64,000 nucleotides of DNA, taken from the IMG/VR virus record IMGVR_UViG_3300028827_000129, positions 32,001 to 96,000 of that record. One strand, given 5' to 3'. Position numbers and translations under genes: made by a program. Shown here piece by piece: positions 1-9,909 of this stretch. The first letter of the stretch is position 1. Every line of letters starts with the position of its first letter. The DNA comes from a virus. The notes under the pieces were generated by a model that was given only the letters and a program-made list of their open reading frames with translations, ran no database searches and was not told the DNA's origin.

Positions 1-260
1 TTATCAAAAAATGGTAACATAGAAACATTTACATCCCATAATTCTCCTTTAATTTTAACAGGCTGATAATAATGATAAGCATTATACATAGATTGCTTTA
101 ATAAAAAAGGAATATGGTTTTGTTTTGCAGAAATTAAAACCATAGTATTTTTTGTAATGGCAGGACAAATATATTTTGCTTTTAACATATTTTTTAAAAA
201 ACTATTATTAAAACAACCATTTTTACACGAACCATAAATAAAAAATATCATCTTTACTCC

Positions 261-614
261 TTAAAGTTTTTCTATTACAATTTTTCCATCATTGGTTGAA
301 TAAGCAATTTTTTTTATTCCTGCTTTTTTTATATGTTTAAAACATTTTTTACATGGCCTTGAAAGTTTAAGTTTATTTTCCTTATCAACTCGTATAACTA
401 TCAAAATAATTTTATTACTAATTTTTTCTTTTTTTATCTTACGCAAGCATGCTACTTCTGCATGCATTGTAGGCCAAAAGGGTTTACTATTATTTCGCTT
501 ATTGGTACTAATATAGGTGGGAGTATTGTTGATAATAAGAGCTGCAATATGTTTGGATTTTTTTACATCACTTAATTTTGCTTTCTTTTTTAAAACATTA
601 ATAATTCCATCCAT
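261..614 (-). CDS. Cytidine/deoxycytidylate deaminase-fold protein
   Basis: HAE (MHAEVAC) and PCxxC (RPCKKC) zinc-deaminase motifs. Confidence 0.8.
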   Translation of the reverse strand: MDGIINVLKKKAKLSDVKKSKHIAALIINNTPTYISTNKRNNSKPFWPTMHAEVACLRKIKKEKISNKIILIVIRVDKENKLKLSRPCKKCFKHIKKAGIKKIAYSTNDGKIVIEKL

Positions 615-814
615 TAGTATTCAATATCTTCTTCCATATATTCATTTATATGTATTCTTTTTTCTTCACTTCTTGTTCTTTTATTTTTATGAATTTTAGT
701 AATCATCTTATTTCTAAAAGGTAAGGAATGTTTTCTTTGATATTTTCTAAACAATTTATTTTTTTTATTTTTACTACAACTACAATGATCGCATTTATCT
801 TCACAATCACACAT
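614..814 (-). CDS. Small basic Cys-rich hypothetical protein
   Basis: 66 aa, GGAG RBS, overlaps start of deaminase gene. Confidence 0.5.
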   Translation of the reverse strand: MCDCEDKCDHCSCSKNKKNKLFRKYQRKHSLPFRNKMITKIHKNKRTRSEEKRIHINEYMEEDIEY

Positions 815-824
815 ATTAAACTCC

Positions 825-1946
825 TTAATTCATCAAAGGTGTAATATTTAATGGAGAAAAAATATCTGAAAAGCTTGTAGCAGTTTTATAAATTGATAAA
901 TTAAAAGGCTTTGTCATGTTATAATTTTTAAATAGCATTTCATTATTGCATTTTGTAAATGCTAAGTTCAAAGAACGTTTTACAAAATTATTTTTTGGCG
1001 TGTTTTTATATTCATGTTTCTTTTCTTTTTCTGTATATACACCGAAATTAATTGGCATAGACAAGAGCATATGATCAGTAAATGAAGTTTTGATCATATA
1101 AGCTTCATTTCCATATTCGTATACAGATACCATATTATTCAGACCACTATAAGTTGTACCATTTCTATGTACGATTACCCTTTTCCCAAATAAATCTTCA
1201 ATTGTAATAGATTGATTATAATGAGAAAAACGGTCAATTCTATTAATATAATCTAACTTTCTCATTACAATATCTTCTACAATTCTTTGCAAAGTATTTC
1301 TCAAATAATCTGCTAATTGCTGTAAAAACATATATGTTTTCATAAGTTCTAAACCAAAGGAAGAATTTATGTCAATATATGATGTTATATCATTATTAAG
1401 CTTTTCTTTTATTAAATTATAAAAAACTTTCCCAATATTACCAACATCAGATTCTATAAGGCAACTTATATAACCTTCACTATTGACTATAAAAAACTCT
1501 ATTATGCTACCAGGAGGGAAAATATCTAATTGCTCTGGGAATTCTAAACTATTAAGAAGTTTAAGATTTCTTGCATAATAAACACAATCTAATTCATGAT
1601 AATTAATTTTATGCTTTGTAATTTCTTCATAAATTTCATAGTAAATAGATTCTATATCTTTAGATGGAATATGCTCTAAAAAAGTTGTGGTTTTGAAAAT
1701 AGAAACATTCCGTCCAAAACCAATCCTCGAAGACAACAATAAAGGCATTATCATATTTTCTATAGGAACAACGACGCCATTAAAGCATGATTCTTTGTCG
1801 TAACAAAAATTTTCAAAACCAACAACGTAAGGATAAATATCTACTTGTCTAATTATTTTATCGAAAGCTTTTACTAAATCTTTGTTGACATAAGGAGAGT
1901 AAAGATTAAAAACTGAATGAGTTAAAGGTAATTTATTAGGTTTCAT
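825..1946 (-). CDS. Degenerate RtcB-like protein (catalytic residues lost)
   Basis: Colinear similarity to the RtcB at 7377-8534 (e.g. GKRVIVHRNGTT vs GRKVWIHRKGAT) without DxGC, GNH, HSGSR or HGAGR. Confidence 0.6.
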   Translation of the reverse strand: MKPNKLPLTHSVFNLYSPYVNKDLVKAFDKIIRQVDIYPYVVGFENFCYDKESCFNGVVVPIENMIMPLLLSSRIGFGRNVSIFKTTTFLEHIPSKDIESIYYEIYEEITKHKINYHELDCVYYARNLKLLNSLEFPEQLDIFPPGSIIEFFIVNSEGYISCLIESDVGNIGKVFYNLIKEKLNNDITSYIDINSSFGLELMKTYMFLQQLADYLRNTLQRIVEDIVMRKLDYINRIDRFSHYNQSITIEDLFGKRVIVHRNGTTYSGLNNMVSVYEYGNEAYMIKTSFTDHMLLSMPINFGVYTEKEKKHEYKNTPKNNFVKRSLNLAFTKCNNEMLFKNYNMTKPFNLSIYKTATSFSDIFSPLNITPLMN

Positions 1947-1955
1947 TTAGTACCT

Positions 1956-2318
1956 CTAAATCAAAACTGGGAATCTATCATGGACTTCTTTTTCTCTTTT
2001 ATGCATTGCCTCTCTAGTAACAACTTTTACAATACCATTTTTATATATTCCTTTTATATTTTTACCAAATGTTGAAAATTTTACTCCATTCTCAACAAAT
2101 TTTGAGACATTAATAATTTGACAGTCTTTCCAGTTTTGAGGATACCACACAGTTTGGAGAGATTCTTGTCTGGCGTGCCCGTCCCACTTTGCTTTTATAA
2201 TTGCATTGGGGAAAAATCCACTATTTTTTATAGAAATATTTACTTTATCTCCTATATGTACATTAATTTTACTTCCATCAAAAACATCTTTAGCGTCGTA
2301 TATCATACGACCACACAT
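1956..2318 (-). CDS. Minimal SRAP/YedK (HMCES)-family abasic-site protein
   Basis: Start reassigned to MCGR (AAGGAGG RBS); KFVE resembles the FYE Glu motif; C-terminal HDRFPVLI. Confidence 0.75.
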   Translation of the reverse strand: MCGRMIYDAKDVFDGSKINVHIGDKVNISIKNSGFFPNAIIKAKWDGHARQESLQTVWYPQNWKDCQIINVSKFVENGVKFSTFGKNIKGIYKNGIVKVVTREAMHKREKEVHDRFPVLI

Positions 2319-2530
2319 AAATACCTCCTTAAACATTCTTTATTTATCTAAAGATGTTTTACCATCTTCAAAACCATCCCAATATCCATTTATATATATC
2401 GGATTAAAAATACGTTGACATTTTAAACATTGCCATTTAATTGAACCTGGTTTTGGATATAATTCTCCTCTACAATTTTTGTTTGGACATGGATGTTCGC
2501 ATTTTTTTGTCGCCATATCTTTTTAAAAAA

Positions 2531-2938
2531 TTAAGCTACTAATGTCTTTAAATTAATGTTTTCTTTATGTCTTACAATAATATAAGAGTTACACAATAAA
2601 CATAGAATATGAGCAAGATCCATAGCATAATCTAAATTTGCAGTAATAATTCTAGCTTGTATAACATCTTTTTCTCTGTCTCTCCCAGGTAAATAAAAAT
2701 ATGATGGTCTTCCTGGTTTTGCATTAATCTGAGGAAATGATGAAGAAGCAATAGAAAAATTAGTTTTATCTATACGTATAGTATAAAGTTGTCCTAAGCC
2801 ACGTAGACTCTCATCTATATAATTATATTGAATTTTCAGCTCATATCTAAGAGATGGGGTTAAAATACGGCTTATTTTCATTGTATATTTTACAAAAGAA
2901 AAGTCCATATCATATGATTTACCTAATTTTATTTCCAT
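2531..2938 (-). CDS. Hypothetical protein, paralogue of next ORF
   Basis: YIDESLRG...FPQIN...FYLPG resembles YMDQHLRG...CPQLN...VFVRG in 2948-3325. Confidence 0.6.
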   Translation of the reverse strand: MEIKLGKSYDMDFSFVKYTMKISRILTPSLRYELKIQYNYIDESLRGLGQLYTIRIDKTNFSIASSSFPQINAKPGRPSYFYLPGRDREKDVIQARIITANLDYAMDLAHILCLLCNSYIIVRHKENINLKTLVA

Positions 2939-2947
2939 ATGCTACCC

Positions 2948-3325
2948 TTATGATAATATTTTTTTAAAATTAATTTTTTTATTACTGAAAAAGATTGATG
3001 CGCAAGTAAATAATTTTATGATGTCAGCATAAGCTTGTTTAAAATCCTCTTCATTGTCAAATTGAGTTTTTACAAGTATATTATCCATTTCTGAAGCTGT
3101 TCCTCTGACAAATACATATGGTGGATTTAATTGTGGACATGTAAGACTAGTTAAAGAAGTAAAAATTTTATTAGAATCAAGAGAAAATGATAATTTTCCT
3201 CTTAAGTGTTGATCCATATATAAAACTTGCATGCCTAAATCATGACAAGAACCACCGACGTATTTTTCTAATATGAATCTTATTTTTATATAGCCAAAGT
3301 CATGGGCTTCCATATGTCTTTTCAT
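2948..3325 (-). CDS. Hypothetical protein, paralogue of previous ORF
   Basis: Shared motifs with 2531-2938. Confidence 0.6.
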   Translation of the reverse strand: MKRHMEAHDFGYIKIRFILEKYVGGSCHDLGMQVLYMDQHLRGKLSFSLDSNKIFTSLTSLTCPQLNPPYVFVRGTASEMDNILVKTQFDNEEDFKQAYADIIKLFTCASIFFSNKKINFKKILS

Positions 3326-3378
3326 TACAATATTTTACATACCTCAAAAATTGATTTTATTAGCTTTTGTAAATAATT

Positions 3379-4179
3379 TTAACTTAATGATGAAACATTA
3401 AACTTTTTTATATTTTTATGCACTTCAGACTTATACCAGTCAGCCTTATTTTTATAAGCGGGTTTAAGAAACCTCAAAGTATTTATTCCCATATTATGTA
3501 AAGATGTAATTGTAACCCTTGGCATATAGAAATGATCCCAAGTAATTTTTTCGTTAAAAATATTATGCCAATTGTCAATAAGTGCTTTAGAAAAATTCTT
3601 TTTACCAGAGGTTCTTTCTGCTAAATAATAACAACATTTTTTCCCACTATACTTATCAAGTTTTCCATATGCATGATTTTTAACAAACGTAGGTAAACCT
3701 GCAGAATTATTAATTGTTTTAAAAAAGACATAAAATAATGATGTCGCAAATAAATTTTTATATATTTCTATTGGGATTTGCATAACTAATCTTTTGTCAT
3801 TAGCAGCATACGTAATTTTTTTACCACATAAATAATGTACAATTTTACTTGAAATTACAGCAATAACATCAAGAATATTTTTGTTTGGATAAATTTCTTG
3901 AAGTTTATTCTTAGTAGCTATTGCAGTACTTGTTTGATGCGAAATATAAAAATAATCATCTACAATTTGTTTTAATTTACCGGAAGAAGATAACTTGAGT
4001 AAGTTATCATAAATATATCCTCTACACGAGGAATATGTATGAAGAACATTATATTTTACTTTTCCCGTTTTAGAATCATATGTTTTATATAAAATATCAT
4101 GAGAAAATGTATTACTAAGTGAATAGCAAGGGACTTCAGAAAGAAGCTTTTTGTTCTTTCTATAAGTTCTATCGCTCAT
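3379..4179 (-). CDS. Hypothetical protein
   Basis: 266-aa ORF with AAGGAG RBS. Confidence 0.65.
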   Translation of the reverse strand: MSDRTYRKNKKLLSEVPCYSLSNTFSHDILYKTYDSKTGKVKYNVLHTYSSCRGYIYDNLLKLSSSGKLKQIVDDYFYISHQTSTAIATKNKLQEIYPNKNILDVIAVISSKIVHYLCGKKITYAANDKRLVMQIPIEIYKNLFATSLFYVFFKTINNSAGLPTFVKNHAYGKLDKYSGKKCCYYLAERTSGKKNFSKALIDNWHNIFNEKITWDHFYMPRVTITSLHNMGINTLRFLKPAYKNKADWYKSEVHKNIKKFNVSSLS

Positions 4180-4227
4180 TAATTTTCTCCTTTCAATATT
4201 TAATAGAACATGGTAAATATCTATTTA

Positions 4228-4461
4228 TTATTTAATTGTGCTTCCTTTCATAGAAACAAGAATATCTACAAACTTTTCCCATTTTAAAATAATTATTCGA
4301 TTTTTTTCCATACTATATTGATAAATATTAAAGTAATTAGATAAAAGCATATGTGCATATTTTCTTGCTATATCTAATTGTTTTTTTGTTTTGCATGAAT
4401 TAATTACTGCTAATATTCTTCTATAAACAAAAGAAGCATTATAATTTTTATTGTGCAGCAT
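4228..4461 (-). CDS. Hypothetical protein
   Basis: 77-aa ORF in the minus-strand gene run. Confidence 0.5.
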   Translation of the reverse strand: MLHNKNYNASFVYRRILAVINSCKTKKQLDIARKYAHMLLSNYFNIYQYSMEKNRIIILKWEKFVDILVSMKGSTIK

Positions 4462-4643
4462 TTATGGTCTTCCTTTCTTTTCCCTAACTCCTGTTTTATC
4501 TTTACGTCTAGAATTATTTGACTTACCAATAGAAGTTTTCTTAAATTTATGTTTAGACCTATCAAAAGCAGTTTTCATTGCCATTTGGATTTCCTCCTAT
4601 AATTAAGCTTTTTAAATATCCTTTAGTAAAACTTTTAAGAATT

Positions 4644-5981
4644 TTAAATTTCACAGTTATCCTCTAATTCGGCCATTGCTGTTTTACGGATTTCTTCAAA
4701 AGTATATTCAACGAAAAACTTTCCATTTTTCCATACGAGCGGTAAATTGAGATAATCAAATCTGCCAGCTTTACTTTTCTTCCATTGGCAGTCTTTAGGT
4801 TGTTTATATACACTTCTCCAACCTTCTCCAGGAATATGAATAGCAGATATCTTCATGGCATAACCATATGTGTCACGATTAACTTGTTGTAAAGAACCTC
4901 CACCCATTCCAAAGGCAATATTATCAGCTGACCATTTATTTTTTTCCATCACTGAAAGAATTTCTTCTATGTTATCTGGACTAGAAATACCATCACCTTG
5001 AATAAGTCTTATACAGTCTGGTAAAACCTTATATCCTTTTTTATTAATAGAACTACCAAAAGCTTCTTCAAGTTCATTTAACGAACGAAGAACAACTTCT
5101 GAAGGTTCACCAGAATCTGGCCTTACAACAAGTGTTCCGCCAGATTTGAATATCTGTGATTTGAGCTGTTTTCCCCAAATATTTCTAATAGCATTTGAAA
5201 GATCATAACTATCAGAAACACATGCCGCTATCTTACCTTCGCCAAGAAAATTATCAATAAAATTTTTGTATGCGTTGGCTTCATTGGCTCTGCCCCATGA
5301 AGTAATAGTTGAATGTTCGGCTGCATTAATGGAGAATCCCAGCATTGAATCAGTATTATAATATTTTTGTGCAGCGAAAATGCCTGCTATTGTATCTGTT
5401 CCCATAGAAGTAGTAAGCTCAGCCATACCACCAATAGCAGCTGATTCTTCAGAGCTGGTACCTCTATATCCAAATGAATGTAGTTTAAATGGTGCTAAAG
5501 AAGGATCGCCAGTATAATTCAGATATTTAAGAATAATCTTCTTACATTCAAATTGTCTTGTAGCAACAGTACATGGGTACCATATTTGAAGAAGGCGTGT
5601 TTCTATCCAGCCAGGAAGCCAACCAAAATCTGGATGCGTAGATTCGATAGTTACCTGTACTTCGCCAATATCGACCAAATGCCCTTCTTTAACTGCTCTA
5701 ATTTCTAAAGGATAATAACCTAAATCGGCTAATTGCATCCAGCCTTTTTTGTTAAAAGCTACTCCATGTGCTTCCCAAAACTTAGCTGCCTCTTCAACGT
5801 CAGACTTTGATGGTACATTACTTAAAATTTTTTTAATGATGGCTTGTAGACCGAAGAATAATATCTCATCTCCTCCGCGCCTAGCTTCAATGTAATAGTA
5901 AGTGCCTGTGTTTTGTGGGAATTGTAGAAAATGACTTGCTTTATAAGAGTCAGTAGATGTAATTAAAGTGTTATTCATCAT
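4644..5981 (-). CDS. nadV: Nicotinamide phosphoribosyltransferase (NAMPT)
   Basis: TDSYKASH, LHSFGYRG, AAEHSTITSWG, VSDSYD, VVRPDSG, IQGDG, FGMGG motifs. Confidence 0.95.
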   Translation of the reverse strand: MMNNTLITSTDSYKASHFLQFPQNTGTYYYIEARRGGDEILFFGLQAIIKKILSNVPSKSDVEEAAKFWEAHGVAFNKKGWMQLADLGYYPLEIRAVKEGHLVDIGEVQVTIESTHPDFGWLPGWIETRLLQIWYPCTVATRQFECKKIILKYLNYTGDPSLAPFKLHSFGYRGTSSEESAAIGGMAELTTSMGTDTIAGIFAAQKYYNTDSMLGFSINAAEHSTITSWGRANEANAYKNFIDNFLGEGKIAACVSDSYDLSNAIRNIWGKQLKSQIFKSGGTLVVRPDSGEPSEVVLRSLNELEEAFGSSINKKGYKVLPDCIRLIQGDGISSPDNIEEILSVMEKNKWSADNIAFGMGGGSLQQVNRDTYGYAMKISAIHIPGEGWRSVYKQPKDCQWKKSKAGRFDYLNLPLVWKNGKFFVEYTFEEIRKTAMAELEDNCEI

Positions 5982-6019
5982 TTACCTCCTTTGCATCTAT
6001 GCATCTGAGTTTTTATTAG

Positions 6020-6925
6020 TTATTTTTTTGGTTCGATTTTATTAAGTAGTATACTAAAAAGTTTTTGATGAATATCAATAATCTCATCTTTCAACTTTTC
6101 AATATACTCGAACCACCGTACTTCATATATGTCATCACCCGGGTCTGGAAACCCGGAAATGTCATTTGTACTAAAAAATATTGTAGTAATTTTATCTACT
6201 TCTGATCTATAGCGCCAATCGTCTACAACGATACTACTAATATATTTTAAATTTTCTACATTTAATCCAGCTTCTTCTTTTACTTCTCTTTTACCTGCAT
6301 CTTCAAATGTTTCACCTGGTTTGATAAATCCTCCTATAAATCTATATTTATCTTCATGTTTTTTCTTGCCAAGAAGAAGTTGTGTATATTCTTTATTAAA
6401 GATAGCAACATCAACAGTAGGAATACATTTTGGCCATTGATTCATTGTAGCCCAAATAACACCATGTCTAAAATCTGCTGAAGCTTTTACTTTATTAGAT
6501 AAAACTTTTCTTCTTGCTGTAGCAGATATAAAAGTTTTTTGTGTCAGTTCTTTTGTTTCAAATTTCCCATAATAATGATCGATAAAAGAATCTCTTCCTC
6601 CATATAAAACTACACTTTGTCGAGGTCCGATAATATCATCGATCATATCATCTAATGTTTGGCTCCAAAGTTTATCTGAATGCATATCCTTTATGTAAAG
6701 GATAATTACATCAGGAAATGTTTTTAATATCATCTGCTTTCTGGCTTCAAAGTCCAATGGATTTTTTACTGTACATTTACATGGACTTAACCCAAGAAAT
6801 ATTAAAACTCGTTCATGTCTATCAATTACATATTTTATTAATTCTTTATGTGCTTCAGTAAGCTCGTCTGTCTGAAACCTGCCTACTATAACACCAACAT
6901 CATAATTTTTTTGTATTTCTTTCAT
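6020..6925 (-). CDS. nadM: Bifunctional NMN adenylyltransferase/Nudix hydrolase (NadM-Nudix, NatV-like)
   Basis: GRFQ..TEAH nucleotidyltransferase motif, ISAT.RR, Nudix box GG...GE......REVKEEAG. Confidence 0.92.
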   Translation of the reverse strand: MKEIQKNYDVGVIVGRFQTDELTEAHKELIKYVIDRHERVLIFLGLSPCKCTVKNPLDFEARKQMILKTFPDVIILYIKDMHSDKLWSQTLDDMIDDIIGPRQSVVLYGGRDSFIDHYYGKFETKELTQKTFISATARRKVLSNKVKASADFRHGVIWATMNQWPKCIPTVDVAIFNKEYTQLLLGKKKHEDKYRFIGGFIKPGETFEDAGKREVKEEAGLNVENLKYISSIVVDDWRYRSEVDKITTIFFSTNDISGFPDPGDDIYEVRWFEYIEKLKDEIIDIHQKLFSILLNKIEPKK

Positions 6926-6976
6926 ATTTTTAAACTATTTCCTTTCTACTAAAATAAACACAATTATTTCTTATTT

Positions 6977-7354
6977 TTAAGTTATATAATGTGGGCAGAA
7001 ATTATACCATCCACATATTGGACAATAGAAATCATTTTCGATTTCTGTAATGATCTTGGCACCATAAAGAGTTTTAGAATGTTCGGACCAAAAAGTACTA
7101 ACTGCTTCGCGTACTCCCTCGTCATTTTCTAGCAGAATACTTGTATCAGGGCTATCAGCATTATACCATGGAAATTTCTTGCAATCTTCTTTATTCTGAA
7201 TGTAGTGCTTATTATGCTCTCCTATTTCTTTCAGGGCTTTTTTGGCTTTTTCTTTATTGGTCTATAAAAACTCTATTTTACTCTTTTCTTCATTTGTACC
7301 AAATGAATCGCTTATTTGATAACATACTTCTATAGCATACATTACTTCATTCAT
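6977..7354 (-). pseudogene. Hypothetical phage gene interrupted by an in-frame TAG
   Basis: ATG at 7354, TAG at 7262-7264 (codon 31), frame stays open to TAA at 6977 with no restart codon; C-terminal CPIC...C. Confidence 0.55.
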
Positions 7355-7376
7355 AGTAATCTATACAAGTTATAAT

Positions 7377-8534
7377 TTATCCTTTTACATTAATAATGGG
7401 CTTAAGATATGCAATTATTTCAACCAAATCTTTTTGCATTTCTATAACCTCAAAAATATTTTTATATGCCATAGGGCTTTCATCTATAGTAGAAGAAGCT
7501 ACTTTAGCTTTTATATCTTTCATTGCAGTTCGAAAATCTTCCATATCTATAGATTCTTTTGCCTTTTTTCTACTCATAACTCTTCCAGCTCCATGAGAGC
7601 TGGAAAATAAAGACTCTTCATTCCCAAGGCCACGAACAACAAAGGAGCCATCTCTCATATTACCGGGAATAATACCATACATGTTATACTCTGCTTGTGT
7701 AGCCCCTTTACGATGTATCCAAACCTTACGACCATTTATCTGTTTAGATTCACAATGATTGTGATTTCTGTTTATTACTATGCTGGTATCAAATTTAGGA
7801 ACATAATTTGATAGTATAGCTAATATTTCGTTAGCTATTACTTCCCTATTTTTTAAAGCAAACCGCAAACATACTTCCATATCCATCAAATAATTTTTTC
7901 CTTCTTTAGAATCTACAGAGAGCCCATAATGCTTTTCTCTTACTTTATTATCTGGAGAAGCTAAACGCATATAATGTGTAGCCATGCTATGGCCGACATT
8001 TCTGCTACCTGAATGTATCACTATCCAAACATATGAATCTTCATCATAGGCAATTTCTGCCATATGATTGCCACCACCAAGAGTGCCAAGTTGATATAAG
8101 CCACCTTTTTCTTCAAACATCTGTTCGAATTCTGGAGTTTTAGCTATTTTTTTATATTCATTCCAAGAAATAGGATATTCTCGATGTTTATGTCCTACTG
8201 GAATTCTATCATAAATGTTAGAGAAAATCTTATCTATATATGGTTGGATTTCTTCACGAACAATAGAAGTTTTAATTCCATATACTCCACAGCCTTGATC
8301 GTAACCCACCCAACTTGGGACAACTATATGTTCTGTGGCAACTACTGCTCCAATAGGCAACGAATACCCGGCATGAGCATCTGGCATTAAAGTTCCACGT
8401 ACTACAAAAGGTTGTTCCATAGCAGAAATAAATTGTTCTGCAGCTTCTCTTTCTAGTTGTTTTATAAAAAGAGCAACCTTCTTATCTTTTGGCAATCTAA
8501 ATAAAACTTCTTCTTTTGTGATCATAGCGCACAT
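7377..8534 (-). CDS. rtcB: RNA-splicing ligase RtcB
   Basis: MPDAH.G, DQGCG, GTLGGGNH, HSGSR, HNH, HRKGAT, SHGAGR, DESPMAYK, NVKG. Confidence 0.95.
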   Translation of the reverse strand: MCAMITKEEVLFRLPKDKKVALFIKQLEREAAEQFISAMEQPFVVRGTLMPDAHAGYSLPIGAVVATEHIVVPSWVGYDQGCGVYGIKTSIVREEIQPYIDKIFSNIYDRIPVGHKHREYPISWNEYKKIAKTPEFEQMFEEKGGLYQLGTLGGGNHMAEIAYDEDSYVWIVIHSGSRNVGHSMATHYMRLASPDNKVREKHYGLSVDSKEGKNYLMDMEVCLRFALKNREVIANEILAILSNYVPKFDTSIVINRNHNHCESKQINGRKVWIHRKGATQAEYNMYGIIPGNMRDGSFVVRGLGNEESLFSSSHGAGRVMSRKKAKESIDMEDFRTAMKDIKAKVASSTIDESPMAYKNIFEVIEMQKDLVEIIAYLKPIINVKG

Positions 8535-8682
8535 AGCTATATCCTCCTAAACTTAATATACGTTTGCAATGGAGGGTCCATCTATGGGATGAAACCATAC
8601 TTTCTCTAAACTTATGGTGAAATTTATGATAATAATCGTTGTTTAATATATATTACGATCTTGTTCTTTAGTGCATATTGAT

Positions 8683-8910
8683 CTAGGTTTTATGCTCGTC
8701 TTCAGTTTTTCCCCAGCATAAACAATACCTATCTCCAAATACAGCTTCACAAGTCAATACTTCTCCATTGATAGTGAAAAGTTCCTCAAGTTTTTTGACT
8801 TCCATTTCTGTAAGACCGTTAACGCCTATATCAACACCTAGGTTTTTTCTATTTCTACAGTTTATGGCCTCACAAATTTTATCTATTGCAGCTATCATTC
8901 TTTTATTCAT
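8683..8910 (-). CDS. Hypothetical protein
   Basis: 75-aa ORF with GGAG RBS. Confidence 0.5.
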   Translation of the reverse strand: MNKRMIAAIDKICEAINCRNRKNLGVDIGVNGLTEMEVKKLEELFTINGEVLTCEAVFGDRYCLCWGKTEDEHKT

Positions 8911-9025
8911 AAGATTTCTCCTATCTAAGTATTGGTAATTTAGGTACTTTTCTACAAACTTTGTAAATTAGTGACAGAATGTAGGTTAGTCTTATTTATA
9001 AAGCTATGGTGAATGTAGTGCTATA

Positions 9026-9541
9026 TCAAGTTATTCGTTTGAAGTTATAGCTATCCATGGTAGCTTTTACAGGATTCCTTTTTATTTCTTTCAAGGCTTG
9101 GATAGCTGAGTCTTTATTTGGGAATAAAGCAACATAAGAGCAGTCATCATTGCCAGCCATGTAAAATTTCACTGGTAGTTCTATAGATGGTTCATAGTAG
9201 TTAGTTTGTATTTCAGCAAGACTGCGTAGATGATTCTTCCCAGTAAAGTCTAATATTTTTACAAAAACTCCTATATCCTTCCACGGCCCTCCCCACATAC
9301 AAGCTTCATCTTTATCCCATAGAATAAAGCCACAACAAATTATTTCTTTTGGAGGGCGGTATTTATTCACTTTTGATTTACTATAAGCGTAGGAGCATAG
9401 TTTTTTATCTTCTGAAAGGAACTTATGTATAGGTATTACCAGTCCATTATTTTGGACAGGCATCTCTTCCTTTGTGAAGTAGTGTTGGCATTGAGCAACA
9501 TAATCTTGACATTTATAGCAATAATATTTAAGCATAATCAT
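9026..9541 (-). CDS. Hypothetical protein
   Basis: 171-aa ORF, N-terminal CxxC...CxH. Confidence 0.55.
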   Translation of the reverse strand: MIMLKYYCYKCQDYVAQCQHYFTKEEMPVQNNGLVIPIHKFLSEDKKLCSYAYSKSKVNKYRPPKEIICCGFILWDKDEACMWGGPWKDIGVFVKILDFTGKNHLRSLAEIQTNYYEPSIELPVKFYMAGNDDCSYVALFPNKDSAIQALKEIKRNPVKATMDSYNFKRIT

Positions 9542-9563
9542 ATTTAATCTCTATATAAATAAA

Positions 9564-9672
9564 AGCCTTTTTAAACGCTCTTAGAGCATCATAGAGCAAA
9601 TAAGATACATTTTTAAGAAAAGACATTAGCTTTTTACAAAAAAGAGCTCTATGAGCTTCTTAGGGCCTGTAA
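9564..9672. repeat. Dispersed ~110-bp two-armed element, copy 1
   Basis: AAACGCTCTTAGAGCATCATAGAGC...GCTCTATGAGCTTCTTAGGGCC; related to 35925-36033 and 50983-51095. Confidence 0.5.
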
Positions 9673-9693
9673 TACTTTAAACTCAACATATGA

Positions 9694-9909
9694 CTATTGT
9701 TTCAATATATTTATTATTTTTTTATAGTTTTCAGGATCATGAGGAAAAGTACAATAAGTACATTCTTTTATCCCATTTATAAAGGTGGGGTTTCCTGGGC
9801 AATCTAAATGATACAAAGGGCAGAAACAAAATAGACAATTGAATGTATTTTTAAAATAATTATTGTGGCATGGGAAATACTCGCATTCTTTATATTCAAA
9901 AAACTTCAT
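9694..9909 (-). CDS. Cysteine-rich small domain (zf-like) protein
   Basis: CEYFPCH...FNCLFCFCPLY...C..C..PH. Confidence 0.8.
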   Translation of the reverse strand: MKFFEYKECEYFPCHNNYFKNTFNCLFCFCPLYHLDCPGNPTFINGIKECTYCTFPHDPENYKKIINILKQ

